Shown: positions 1 through 14,206, counted from the first letter of the stretch. The stretch: 64,000 nt of DNA from Paramecium tetraurelia (GCA_000165425.1 CT868663.1:124001-188000), one strand, 5' to 3'. Numbers and translations are program-made. Notes: a model not told the origin generated them from the sequence alone.

Positions 1-2566
1 GTATATTTGTATTATAAGATGATGGAGTATGGGAATTCAACATCCCATCTTGAGATAATAGAAATTCAGGTTAATGTTCCCTTGTATCAGGTTAGAGAAA
101 AGTAGTCATAGCCTTTTTGGTAATTCGATGATTATTTTGGTCTTACTGTTATTTGTCTTTAACATGGTTCTCTTCATCTGAGCTTAATTGCTAAGCCTAT
201 TTGATGATATCCATCGGTAAAAATGTATTTTTTTTATCAAATTTTCTGGTTTAAGTTTCACTATTTAGAGTATTTGTTTTGATCAGTTTAGGAGATATTC
301 TGCTTGGACTCCTCTCATCCATTTTATTGATGATACCCTTTTACAACAGCACAGTTTTCAAGTAGGTCATCCTCCTTTTTAGTTCATTTGATGTCTATTA
401 CTCAGCATCTTTGATTGCTTTGTCTAAAATGCCTTTCTTGGTTTAAGCTTAGAACATTAAATTTCGCTTGAATTTTTCAAAGCCATGTTTAATTTTAGTT
501 TCAGTATTATTTTCAGTTAATTGTTATTCAGCCTTCTATTCCAAACCTTGTAAATATGCCTTTGTTTTAGTAAATTTGTCTTCATAATCTCTTTTCTTCC
601 TTCTTGCATCCTCATGCACTTCCTCGCCTATTTCTCTGAATTCTGAGAAGAATATTTTATAAAAGTTTGATTTAGATAGAGACAAGAGTTCACATTACTT
701 TTACGCAATGGCAGTATATTTCCTTTGAGTTTCTTTGATTAGTTCAATTTCTCCAAAGTATTGTCCTACATCTATAGTTACAAAGGGATGGTAATCACAT
801 TCTTTTATACACAAGGAAACGCTGCCCTCACGAATAAAATAGATTTCGCTGGCATAATCTCCTTCATTATAAATGACATCCCCTTCTGGAATCCTAAGGA
901 TTGTTAACAATGGGCCAATATAGGCTGTAAATCTTAATGGTTTATGTTTAAAGAGATCAATTCCCAAAAATACATTTTTATACATAGCCTATGATAATTC
1001 AGTCCTTAAATTTTAAGGTAGAAGATGTAGAAATTCAACAACTTCATTCTAATTATTTTTGTATCCTTACTTCAACACTTTACAAATCTTAGCATATAAA
1101 GTATTATCAATTTTATGGTGCTTAGCAATTTCATTCAAAGTGTCAATTTTTTCCTTATATTTCAAATTCTAAGAATCCAATTAAGTCAGCAATGAACTAA
1201 CTGAACCGATAGTCACAGAGAAGAAGATCACTCCGATAATCATTATGAATATTGCAATCATCTATTCAGTACTATTTGTAGCTGATATATCCCCATATCC
1301 AGTAGTTGCCATAGTTTAGAAGACCCAATACATACTCATGATATATCTTTCAAAGTTAGATTCATTTCCGACGTATTGGTCAATCCAAGTTTAAGTCTCA
1401 GATGAAATAGTTCCAACGAAATACCAAAAACAAGAGAACAAATGACTTACTAGGATTACAGATAATAATGAGATAATCATAACCCTAATATTTTACTATG
1501 ATAACTAAACAGAATTACACTGATATTTGAAAATTGATTCAACATTTCTCCGTATTTCTTCTTTTATATGAAAAACTTCAGCATTCTTGACATCTTGATG
1601 AGCTTCACCATTTTGTACGCTTTTGGCAGTTTTGCAATTTTCTGAAAACCATTTGTATTGTAATCATCAACGACATAATCCATGGGCAATACACATATTA
1701 TGTCCAGTATAAACCAACCAGTCAAATAATGTTTAATTATTATCTTTCTGTCCACAATCAACTCATCCTAATCATCAACATAAGCACTAAAGAAATTTAT
1801 AACTATGTCTATCCCGTAAAGAATATCTATTGTTATGTTAAAACCAAGCTAAACTGCTGATTCTGCTGAGTCGTCATTCTTAAAAGAGATTTCATAAGGA
1901 ACTAACAAGCAAACATACAATAATGCTATTATAATTAAAATATCCCATGACAATTTTATTGGATCGTCAGGGAATACAATGTAAGAAAGATGAGCATAAC
2001 TTCAATAAATAAACTTAATACCGTTTATCAAATCTATATCTTGTTTCATCCTCTACTAAATTTTATTCAGTTTCTTCAAAAAATGAATCATCTGATATTG
2101 AATCATTTTAATTAGATCCTGAATTGTCTCGGATTTCCTCTGGATATACTCTATTCCTCCTTATCGATTATTATAGACTCTGTAAACTTAAAACTATACT
2201 ATTTATAAACTACCTTTATAATCTGCTGGGTCTAATACCTTTACTTCTTGGTAAGGAAGCATGACTGATATAAGTTCCTTATTTCAAAATGCTTCTCACT
2301 TGAGGGATTATTTCTTCCTAAAAATCTTGAGGAGTTTTGCTGGACCGTCCATTGCCACTATTTATAGCTTGACTGCCACTATGATTGGTTTTATTTTTCA
2401 CTGTCTTTTAATCTGATGGGCTAGAACTCGATGGTCGTTATTTAATCTGATGATTTCCAGTTGCATCTTTGTCTGAATCTATGCTAAGACTTTCTCTCTA
2501 TTTCTAGGGTTATTATTATTCCTCATCCATTTCTTAAATTAGTTATAATTGTTCTGGGTTCTTCAT
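1..2566 (-). CDS. Cyclic-nucleotide-binding-domain (EAG/CNG-like) K+ channel; 3' end runs off the window
   Basis: Code-6 translation from ATG 2566 (MKNPEQLQLIQEMDEE). S1-S6 segments (YLTGWFILDIICVLP; S4 KLPKAYKMVKLIKMSRMLK), pore MATTGYGDI (~1285-1312), CNBD (GDVIYNEGD...GQYFGEIELI...RKYTA). The frame stays open to position 1. Confidence 0.92.
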
Positions 2567-3289
2567 TTTATTTATTAATATTCTACCATTATATGCAATT
2601 ATTAATTACTTGACAACTAAGGGTTGATATCTTTATTATTAGGAGTTTGGCTCTGTGTTTATAAGCTAACATGATCTTAGTTCATTAATTTAATTAAATA
2701 ATATGGTTCAACTCATTAATCAATCAAAATGGAACATATACTTCTTCAATCTCTCCAGTTACTAATTTGAACCCTGCCATCGAAACCGATACAACAATTT
2801 TCAACTCTAAAAGACAACAATTTTATAATAATAATTCAAATTTTTTAATTTCTTAAGACTATTCCTTATTAAAGATACTCAAAAACCAAATCTGTTAGAC
2901 GTAATTTCATATTGATGTCTTTATTGGGCTATTGCTGAAATAGTGACAAAACTAACGTAAATTAAATAATTAAAATAAACACTTAAAAGTTATCTTTAAT
3001 ATGTTCATTAAATAATTTATAAGGAAAGATTCTATGATAAAAAAGACTAAACTTTTTTTTAGATATGTTTTTCTAAATTAACCTATATCTTTTATATGTT
3101 TGAATATTTCAATTTAAGAAGTATAAATAGTTTTCTTTCTATCTGTAAAAAATATTATATAACTCAAATTATATTAAAACCCATAATAATCTAAGATATT
3201 TCAAATAGGAATTCCATAAAATTAGATCTCTTTTGAAGTTCGTATTTCTAAAAGTCTATTAAACTTGAAGTTTAATTAAATTCCAAAAC

Positions 3290-4401
3290 AAAGGATAATC
3301 TCACCATTTAGAATGTGCTAAAAAAAATCAATTATTATTTTTAAATAGTTTAATTCATTCACCATTATTTAATAATGATAATGAATTGTATGCTACTTAA
3401 TAATATAGAGAAGTGAACAAGTTAGTAGATTTTATAAATATAGAATTAACAAAATTGAACCAATCTGATGAATTCTTTTCAATTCATAATGTTTAAGATA
3501 AATAGGCTTGAAGGCAATTTTAAATACATAATTAAAGTTTGTGATTTATTTATTTACTTCATCAGATCAGTTTTATTATTCAGAGATTATTTTGAATGAA
3601 ATTTATTTGATAATTGAAATTTAATTTTAATTATTAAATATACGATAAATTCATAATGATATAAGAGTCTATTGATGAATCCCTTGAAAGATTGTAATAG
3701 ATCATTTATTATCATTATTAGTAGAAGAGATAGATAAAATATTAGGGATAAAATGGCAGAAAGAAATTAATTATATTAGAAAGCATCCTAAAACTATTTA
3801 TCAAGTTTGTAAAGAGAAGTTGAAACTATAAAAAGAACCAGGTATTCGGTTTTGCAATAGTAATAGACCTTTAGCTGAAACAAGAAATTTGGAGTTTAGA
3901 GAGCAAATAGCAAATTTATTTAAGAGATATGAGGATGGAAGTGTCAGATTAAAATAAGCAATTCAAAAAACTAACATTGAAAAAATTAATTATAATGAGT
4001 ATTTAATTAAGGTGTATCCAAATTATTTTACAGATGAAAAAAGAAAACTCAGGGAAGAAAATTAACGACTTATGCAATAATTATAAGTATAATTTTAAAT
4101 TAAAATACAATAGGGATTTAGGTAATAAGTTAGCAATGTTCCATTGTAAGAATTACAAAATCTTGAAAATGAATAATACGATTATAATGATTAATAAAAA
4201 TTTGATCAATATTTAGGATAAGATTATTAGGAATAGGATTACTAAAATTAATAATATCATTTTTAAGAATAATAAAGATAATAGTTTTAATAACCTTAAG
4301 GACATTAAAATTAGTCAGGCTAATCAAAATTAAATTTAACAAAACAATAAGAATAAGATTTTTTATCAGAGTACTTAATGCCTCAACAAGGGAAAAAATG
4401 A
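3290..4401 (+). pseudogene. Hypothetical protein with Gln-rich C-terminus; 5' part appears disrupted
   Basis: Clean frame from ~3710 (SLLVEEIDKILGIKWQKEINYIRKHPK...YFTDEKRKLREENQRLMQQ...YLMPQQGKK) to TGA 4399-4401. Upstream coding-like pieces do not join cleanly, and the start was not resolved. Confidence 0.45.
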
Positions 4402-4457
4402 TTTAAATTATTATATTCTAAAATATAATCTTATAATAAACTAATTAATTTATTAAT

Positions 4458-5147
4458 ATGGACCAAGGCTTTTCTTAAAATCAAACAGGACTTTTATCAA
4501 ATAAATCAAGCAAAAAATACTAAGAACCACAAAAGGATCATGCTATTGAAATGTAAGATATGACAGATCAATAGGGCTACGTTTAACTAACCAATGAATG
4601 TAATTTAAATTTATTTTTCAAGAAACTTTTAACTAAGCCCACCAATAATAGAACATGAATAAATATGCATAACCATAAATGTTCAATTGCAATCCACAAT
4701 AATATTATCAATTCTAAGTATCATTAACTTATTTTGACATTAGTAATTAAATTAGAATTAATAATAATTTGCTGTTCCTCAAAATACACTTTAAAATTAC
4801 TAATAATATAACAACTAGTGCAAGGGAAAAAAATAAAACATGTTGTAGTTATTAGTTTTACATTCTTAGAACGCATTACGCAGTTTGTATTTTTTGCAGG
4901 TCTCCATAAAGCATTGCTGATGATAAAAAGCCCTTCATGTGTTATCAATGTAGATAAATTTAATAGGCAAATTATGAATTTTTTAAATGTTCTCATTGCA
5001 AAGTGACAGTTAAATACCAAAAAGGAAGTAAATAACTATCATAATTCTAAAGTATCTTCTGTTATTAAGTGCACTAATTGTAACAACCATAATTTTGTAT
5101 AATTATAACCAGTTGTGCAAATTGCAGAGGATTAAGGCAAGATTTGA
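4458..5147 (+). CDS. LSD1-type zinc-finger protein (possibly frameshifted)
   Basis: ATG 4458 (MDQGFSQNQ), short introns, Gln-rich middle, C-terminal CxxC pairs ending CSHCKVTVKYQKGISSVIKCTNCNNHN, TGA 5145-5147. A frame change near 4830 is unexplained. Confidence 0.55.
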
Positions 5148-5479
5148 AATATTAAATACAAGATATTTAAAAATATTAATAAATTAAATTTTTAAGCATT
5201 GTTTCTTAATTTTTATTTCATATACTTAAATGTTCTACTATATTTTATTTATCTAGATAATTATACAACGCCGTTAAAATCATTATTAGCATTTAAGATT
5301 ATAATCTTAATAATCTTATGATTTCATGTACAAATATCCACATCTGTAAACTAATATGGATAAAATATTTAATAGAATCAGGACATTTAACAGTTATCTA
5401 ACAAAAAATAAAATACTTATTTATATTGAGGATTCTATAATTCAAAAACTACTTGAAAAATAAGTCTATTAATTATAAA

Positions 5480-6334
5480 TCATGCTGTGGCTATTTATTC
5501 ACTTTCCTACTTTCTCTTTCGGTGCCTGTCGCATCTAGGTTTGAAACCAAATCCCCATATAAACCATCCCAGTAAAACAAAGCCAGTTATTAACCCATAG
5601 ATGATACTAAAAATCCCTACTTTAATTCCATAGAAAAAATGTAAGATACCTTTAGCCCAATCATAACTCCAGCTAAATCTTGAACAATTACGACAAAAAT
5701 ACGAGAATGATAATACTATTACTGTAGATTAACCAACAAATGATAAAATCCAAGCAAAACGATAAAAACTCTCAGAGTCCACTTATTCTAAAAATAGCGG
5801 ACCATAATACAAGACTACTATAATAATGCCAACAGCCCCAAATAAAAATCCAAAATAAAGTTAATAATTACCACCTTTCTTTATATAATCCATTGTATAG
5901 CCTTCTTTTATTTTACGTTTATAAATGATAACAATTAAATTCAATATAAAGTTGATTGAAAATAATACCAAGACCAATATTTCCAGAGATGACTTTAAAT
6001 TTAGTACTAAAAATATTATTCCCACCAATAGTTGCAGAGAATCCATAATTTTATATTATATTTCTCTTCTCAGAGTTGTGCATATCCCTAGCTTAGTATA
6101 TTGCCATTCAATCAATAATATATAGAGATGTTAGACTAGTCCCGCTATTATCCAAGCAACAACTTCGCCAATAGAATATTATTTTATATCCTTAAATAGT
6201 ATTAAAAGTGTAAAAATTGTTAATCTGCAAATCATTCCAATTATTATATTTATATCTAATCTAGATTCGGTTGCAATGCATGGGATTAGTGAGATAACTC
6301 CATCAGTTAAATCAATAAAATTCTTTAAAGGCAT
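5480..6334 (-). CDS. Hypothetical multi-pass membrane protein (~284 aa)
   Basis: Uninterrupted code-6 ORF from MPLKNFIDLTDG to QIATA* with several hydrophobic stretches (e.g. LLVGIIFLVL, FGFLFGAVGIIIVVLYY, IFSIIYGLITGFVLLGWFIWGF). Confidence 0.7.
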
Positions 6335-7734
6335 TAAATAAATTAAATATAAAAAAGATATGTATCTCGTTTTTAAATCTGCTTAAGAATTTCAAATAAA
6401 ATAAATGTTCAATCTAGATTAATATTTTGGGATGATTTAAAAAGGTTATTTTCTTTTTCCAGTCTAATCTTTCTAAATTATTGAAAAATAGAAAAACTAT
6501 TTTACATATGGTTATTAAAAGTTTACGGTGTAGATCTTAAAATTAGAACTAAATGTAATACTGAATGTGAACTATTAACAAACTATTTTAGTTTTACTTA
6601 AATATTAAATTATTTTACAATTTAAAAGAATGAACGATTTCCATCAAAAGTAAATTTTAGAATTATTCATTTCATCATAAATGAATTTTAATTACTCTTA
6701 ATTTCATAATTCTTTTATATAAATCGATTATTAAAAATAAAATTGATGTATTTAATTTAATACTGATCTCTGATTATTAAATAACTATCTTTGGTGGTTA
6801 ATATATATTGAGAAATAGAAAGCACTAGATATTATTAAGTCAATATTGAAGATAAATTGAGTTATTATTAATAATTCAAAGATTATGAATTATATGATTA
6901 TTGATAAACCAATTATAAAATTGAATAATTTTACATTTCTTTCAAATGTACAACAGCCAGCCCAGAATTAATAATTTAATTTAATTTTCGGGAAGAATCT
7001 AAAAGTATTTTAATAAATTGATAAAATATTAAATATATTTTTGATTAAACTTAAAGATTCCTTTCAGAATGCATTTTTGAATATTATTAAATTTTAGAAG
7101 TATTTGGAAAGAAATAAAAAAAATTATTGAGAAAAACATAGATTTTGTTCAATATGAATCTTTTTTTTTATATTCACGACTTTTACACGTTTTGCTTTAA
7201 AGGTATTCAATCTTTATGTAGGATTAAATCAATTAATAGCAAAACTATTTTGACATCAACATAATTTTATTTCAAAAAGTATACCTTAATTGTAAGAAAA
7301 GTATTCTTAAATTTATCAAATATTTATGTCATTTATAATTATAGAAAACTTTTGATTATATCATAGAAATAAGGCAAAAACTGATTTAATATCTCTTTTA
7401 AAACACTTTGATTAAATATTCAGTACTCTTATTTTTGAAACAACACTTATGATAAATCTTGGAAACAAGAAAAATGAAAATTGTAATTGTTACTGGAGTA
7501 AAGGGTATATATATTAATAATTATGAAATAAGATAAAATTTAAAATGAATATTTATTAAAATGTAATTCAGATAAAAAATATTATTTAAGAAATTGATTT
7601 AAAATTAGTATTCTAATGTCTGATGCATTTTGGAACAGGAAGAAGTTTGTTTGAATTGAATAGTTAGATCGGAGAGAATTGAGATTAGATATAAATTCAT
7701 ATTTGAGATAACATTATTAATAAATTAATTAAAA

Positions 7735-10700
7735 ATGAATAGCATTGATAGTTATCAAAGCAAGGCAACCATGAATGCATAGTCAATAATCTCTAAAATA
7801 GCCACTCGAAATGGATAAGCAGAGTAAGCAAGTAGGGTTATATGTTAGCAATGGCTCATTGATAGCGGCTTTGGATGAGGAAACTGTCTCTGCTGCTTGG
7901 AATGCATTCGGTAAATATAAAGTTAGTAATGTGAAGGCCTTCATGTTTCAAGATAATTACGAATGGGAAGAGGAGTAGCAGTGAACAAATTTGGAACATT
8001 TTCTTTTAGTGCTCCAGATGTTATATTAGATGGAGTTACCAATCCAGTGGAAAGAGACAAATAGCCACGTTAACCAGTATTCCTTGTTGCGAAGGTACTC
8101 GATTGATTTAATGTAAGGAATTTGTTAATGGATTCAATCTAAAAACTGCCATAGCAATAGGTCGATAGTTGAGACCTTATAAAGTGCAGACATCTGGTAA
8201 GATTTAGCATGCAATTGTGAATTGGGCAGAAATAGCATTGTATGCATCTCAAAATAAGGATTCAGCTAAAATGGCTGTTGAGAGAGTGATTAAATCATTA
8301 TCTGATGTAGTTCGCAATGTATACATTCTTATCGATGATTTTAGAGGGATGTTGTTGAAGTTGAAATTCCATGTGTTGGTACATTCTTTGTTAAATCCCA
8401 TTGTGCTGCTGTATAATTTATGGATTCACTGATGGATAGTTGTAAAGTAAAATATGGGATCAATATTTGTTTATAGGAAATTACCAAGAGACCATTGTCA
8501 GAGAGAAAATCTAAAGGAGATATGCGCTTGACATAGTAATACCTGCAGTAATTGAGTAAGAGTCAGTTTCCTGAAGAAAACAATCTGATGATTGATGAAG
8601 GTGCTAGAAATTATTTAACTAATTCTCTTGGAATCGAATTACCTGACACTAGACCTAAAACTGCCAAAAGTTCATAAAATCAGTCTAAAAAGGGAGGACT
8701 TATGAGTAAAACTGTATCATATTATGATCAATAATATTTTAGATAGAATTAAGACCATCTACTTAACAGATTTCTAGAATGGGATTCCAAAGATCGGTTA
8801 ATGATAAAGTATATGCGTTGGAAAGATTAAAATATTACATAAGGGATCATGCACTTAATATTGAAGATGTAATGATTGAATTAATTATATTAATTAGTCT
8901 TTTTTAGATCTCTGTTAATAAGCATTTGGCAAGACTAGTGAAAGAAAAATTAGAATGAATTTTGATGATTTTAAGAGAGCAGTTCTTAAAGTAGATTTGC
9001 CTCTTAATGAAATACAAATAATCACTTTGTTTTAGACTTTAGATGTTAATAATGATGGTTTTGTTGATAAATTCGATTGGCTCAAAGCTATTGTTGATAA
9101 AAGTAAGCATCATCATATAAACTCAATAGAAACTCATGTAAATTATATTAAGGATGTCGTGTATAAATTCTAAATTCATACAGATGATTTGTTATAGAGA
9201 ATGAATTTGAATAGAGATCATCCTCCAATTAATTTGTAATAACTAAAATTTGCTCTCATGCATTTAGATGAATCTCTAAACTAGCACAAAGCACTTAAAG
9301 TGGCTAAAGAAATTTTGGATGGAAAAGAAACCATTAGTATGAGTGATATATTAGCATTATTTAACACTGTTGAAGAAGATGACAAAATGTATGATTTGTC
9401 CTGGTTTAAAGATATCTTACATAAAATGAGAGATCACTTAGTTGATCCTTAGAAAATGAAGGTCTTGAGATCATCTTTTGAATATTTCGATGAACATCAA
9501 GAAGGTAATCTAGATACTGCCAATTTTAAGACTGTCTTAATGGAAAGTTAGTTGGGATTGAATGTTTAAGATATCAATAGATTAGTTCGTTATCTTCCTA
9601 AGAACAGAGATTCATTAATAAATTACTATGACTTTATTTAAATGATTATGGATGTTAACAAATAAATGGATTAGAAGGATACTGCTAAAGATCTTGTTGA
9701 TTTCGCATAAAAAATCAGTAAGTATTTAGCTTAAAAAAAATATACTGTTATACAATTTTTATAATAAGTAAAATCAGGCTATGGATCCTGCAATATTGAA
9801 TCTAATGCCTAATATCTAGAAAAGAATCTCTTTACTTAGTTGTCTCATGATGAATGCTTAGAATATTGTAGAGAAATGGATGTTGATGGAAATGGTGTTG
9901 TTAGTGATGAAGATATGAATACATTCATAAAAAGATATTCATATTTCAATGTCAGAAAGGATTAATCCTAAATCGAATAAATTGTTGAAAGCTTGAAGAT
10001 TAAACCTTCATTTGGAGATAATCTATCAGCAATTGAGAAAACTTGTGTTTAATCTAAATCTATTGATTTAGTTACTATGGGATAGAAGAAAATGTTCTAA
10101 TCTTTGGTTGATGGAATGAATCAATCAAAAAGCTTATTCCCAGTTGAAGAATTACCAGAATCCAAATTTGATTAAATACTTAAGGATTTAAGAATTAAAT
10201 TAAATAGAAAGGGAATGTCATACGAAGAACTATTTACATTCTTAGACACTGATCATAATGGGTTCTTATCCATCAGTGAATTCTATAACATTGATAAAAT
10301 CATGACGCTAAGCTAGCCTGCAAAAGATGGTTTCTTTGCATTTATGGATAAATAGAGAATTGGTTTGATTGATCTAAATACTTTTATTAAATTTATGGGC
10401 AAATCCATTATTTAATAGATGCCATCTTTATCTGAAGATGACTGGGATTGGGAATTGGAAATCCTATTCAAAATAAGGAATTGGTGTTAAAGAGAGAATA
10501 TCACAATAGAGGATGCATTTAGAACTTTTGATAAGGATTTCGATGGCTAGATAAACAAGGCAGATTTAAGAACTTTCCTAAAGGATATATTGAAAATTGA
10601 AGAAAAAGAGATTACTGAAGCTAAAATCAATAGATTATTTAAATTGATGGATTAATATAAAAGGGGAAAAATTACACTAATGGATTTTAGAAGATTTGTT

Positions 10701-12583
10701 GAAGAAGGATTTTTCTATGGTAAGAATAAATAAGTGTTTGGATAAACTACAAATCCATCCTCGAAGTAATAATAAGAATCAAGATCCTCTTTTGATTGGA
10801 AAATGAATGCTAGATAATAAATAGGGTTAATAATTAGTAGACATTATCCTAGTGTAAAGGAATCTTTTGATATTGTATCAGGATATCGTAAGAAATTAGT
10901 ATTCTAGAAATTTAAGAAATGGATTGATGAGAAGAATGTGCTTTCAGGATTTGATTTAACTGAAAAATTAGTATATGAGATCTTTTCTGATCTTGATTCC
11001 CATAAAAAAGGATATTTAGTAGAATCTGATTGGCTGAATGCATTTGCTCAATATAATTGGTAAGATTAAATGATTAAAGAAATCTAAGATGCCCTTTCTA
11101 CTTATTTTTCAAGCATTTAAAATGCAATCCATTATTTTTAGATGGAACACAGCCATGTTATAACCAAAGAGAGCTTTGCAAAGGCTTTGTAAGCTTTATT
11201 CCCAAAAAGATTTGTTGAAGGTGACATAGAAACCTTATGGACAAGGGTTCAAAAAAATGGATCTTTAAGTAATCAGGCCTTTGCACTTATATTTGGAAAA
11301 GGTGCAAAAGTCTATGAACCACCTGAAGGCCAATAATCATTATCCAATATTAGACCTATGACTTAAGGGTAATTATTTATTCATAGTTTTTAGAGGTTTA
11401 TGCGAATTGCCTTTGGATGAGAGAAATCAAGTGAACATTAGTTTGTTAGACAAAATTAGAAGATTTTTGAGGAATTCAAACAAAAATATAAGCGAATTAT
11501 TCAAGTCATATGATTCAGATAATACTGGATACATAACTAATTTGGAATTTCGCTAAGTGATAAGAAATCTTAATATGGGATTGACATTTTAAGATATTGA
11601 TATATTGTCAGCCATGCTTGATACAGACAGAAATAGCATGGTAAATTGGAGAGATTTTGCTAAGAGATTGGATTTCAGATAAGCAGATAATAAAATATTA
11701 GAAAGAGCAGGAATTCATTTATAGAAAGTGAATGATCATATTTATCATTATCTGTTATCTCCTAAAGATGCATTTAGATAGATTGATGCTCAACATACTG
11801 GATTTTTGAGTTTTGATAAATTTAAGGATATGATTGAAATGTTGTACAGATTGGCTACAGAAGATATACCTCCATTTGCTATTATTAAAGATCTATTCGA
11901 ATTCATAGATAAAAGAAGGGATGGCCTACTAGATTTAACAGAATGGATGGATGCTTTCTCTAAGTTTTCGAATCCAAATGAAAAGAAAAGGTATAATTTA
12001 TTGTTATCTATTTAGACCAATGAGTGCTAATGTCAGAGTGAAAAAGTCATCTCAAAAATCATTAATGGCTTAAACTGATAAAGGATGGATGACAAAACAA
12101 AGTGTTCAATCTCCTTAGTAATTTGAAGGATTAACAGATGATGGATTGATGAATGCAACTAACAAGTTCAAGACCTTCTTAAGAAAACCTCCAGCTAAAC
12201 AAACAGCACTTCAGTATGTTGGTAATAATTTATTATATAATAGAAAATGGGATTTGGGAAAGCTCTAAAGAATTTGATAAAACTATTAATGCTATTGGTA
12301 AGAACAGGAAGTATCTTCTTGAAATATTCAAACATTTGACTTAAAATGGCCAAATTCCACTTACTGAAGATGTAATTATTGAGATATATATATCTTTTAG
12401 TTGATTAAATAAGAAATGGATAAAATGTTAAGATCTTAAGGAATTGTTGTTCGAGAAGAGCAATGGCCACAATTAATTTCTTGGTCCAAGAAAAATGGAC
12501 GCATTGATTATAAATTCTTGCTAGAAGTATATAAGGATAGACTTAATGGAATGGACACACAACCTAGAATGGGGGATGAATGA
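7735..12583 (+). CDS. Large protein with N-terminal CCDC81-like eukaryotic HU domains and many EF-hands
   Basis: N-terminus WNAFGLHVSRQLRMGRGVAVNKFGTFSF...RQPVFLVAKEF and VNWAEIA...VEVEIPCVGTF. At least 10 EF-like loops (DVNNDGFVDKFD, DVDGNGVVSDED, DTDHNGFLSISE, DKDFDGQINKAD, DSDNTGYITNLE, DKRRDGLLDLTE). Multiple tiny introns; TGA 12581-12583. Confidence 0.8.
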
Positions 12584-12610
12584 TAAATATATTTATTAAA
12601 GCAGCCGGCA

Positions 12611-13146
12611 ATGTCAAATTAATAATTAAATATAAATTTAAAAAAAGCCCTTTTAGCTTTTTAAATCACAAGACTTCTTCCAGATACAACAAGTATGGTT
12701 TTGAATATACATCCTTCTAGTGAGTAATACCAAAAATAGAGTGTATAAAAAGTCTTAGACTGCAAACAGCTCTAAGTGTCTCTTCGTTCCTAAGAACCAG
12801 GAACGAGATCAATTCTACGTCACGCCGCCTTAGAAACGCAAGGTCTTATTGATTTGATTTATTTTAGAATCCGCTTTCCAATATTGAAGAATTGAATATT
12901 GATTCTAATTGTTCTACGGACAGCAGTCAACGCTTAGAGAATCTAAGTCCGGCCTACTATTGCCCAAAAGGCAAAGAACCTTGTGGTGAACTTTAGGTTG
13001 TCCTTGATGGGGGTCTGATCTAAGTGATATCCTAAACAAGGAGTAGGAGAAAATCACGAAAGTTCAGTGACCAAGAGACCTATGCAATGAGCAACTTCAT
13101 AGCTGGTCCTAAATGTCTAGACATCCCATGTCCTTAGTTCCTTTGA
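12611..13146 (+). CDS. Small protein with C-terminal PNRC/Edc1-like motif
   Basis: Two tiny introns (12693-12720 and ~12843-12867). Ends YAMSNFIAGPKCLDIPCPQFL*, resembling YAGxxFxxxPxPxxLPxP. The start is either ATG 12611 or the A|TG formed across the first intron. Confidence 0.6.
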
Positions 13147-13179
13147 TCATAAATATATCTATAAATCAAAACACGTCAA

Positions 13180-13800
13180 CCACACAGATGAAATAACTGT
13201 CAAATCTCATAATGTAATAATATTACAGATTCAACTATTATTGTTCTCCATGCTATATAATCTCATATTTCTCTACAAAAATTGCTTACTAGATTCACAA
13301 CAATAAATCAGTGTTATTTTAGATTAATTCTTTAATAATGTAAATTCTACTCTTATTCTTTTCACTATTGAAAACAAAACCTGTAACATTATCATTCCAC
13401 CTATCATCTAAATTGGTTATCATTTCATCTCATCCTTCAAATTAAACCCAACTTCCACAAAAATTACAAATCTTTATATTCTACTAAAGATTTTTCAAGA
13501 TATCACCACATCTAATTGTCAAATTAGTAATTAAAATTTCTTATTAATTAAGAACCAATGGTTTTGCTATTTAGATAGGTGTAAAAGTGAATATTTTATA
13601 ATTGTTTTATTAATCAATAAGACTACTAACAATAGTTATAATAATCTTTAGCTGTTACCCTCTTTAAGCTTTTCTTTTAAATGGGAATTTATGATAATTA
13701 GGATCTAAATATTATGGCAAATTTCTTTAATAATGGATCTCAATTTTTATTATTCAATTCAAAATTTTATTGACTAAAAGACCATAATTAGACTTCATAT
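13180..13800 (-). pseudogene. Decayed gene relic
   Basis: Long coding-like minus frame (LTIRCGDILKNLQQNIKICNFCGSWVQFEG*DEMITNLDDRWNDNVTGFVF...) interrupted by in-frame TGAs and frameshifts. Confidence 0.3.
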
Positions 13801-14206
13801 TTAACTTTAGAATCCATCAGTCACAAGCATCTCAAACCTAGTATAAGGCGAGTTAAACTCTGAATAACCTTATCAATTCAGTTATAGGATTCTATTTTTG
13901 TAATTTTCTCCTTGAATTGAATGTGTGATAAATTTTTTCATATTTTTTCATTAATTTTTGAAACTGATTAAATTTCAACTACTAATAGATAATTACGATT
14001 AAATTTCTTACGTTTAATTATAAAATCATTCTTGATCAAAATTATGAGAAATAGACCCAGACAATCACTATTTTATCAAAAATTCAATATAGATTGAATA
14101 ATAAATAGCCTAATAAAGATTGCTATAAATCAATAATTAATAACAAGAAAAGGAATAGGGTTAAATCATCACTATACATAATTTTGAATTTAACATAATA
14201 ATACAT

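Noticed and set aside
6340..7730. 1.4 kb very AT-rich gap as an IES or ncRNA locus
   Set aside because: I could not identify convincing TAYAG-type inverted ends, a structured RNA or a repeat.
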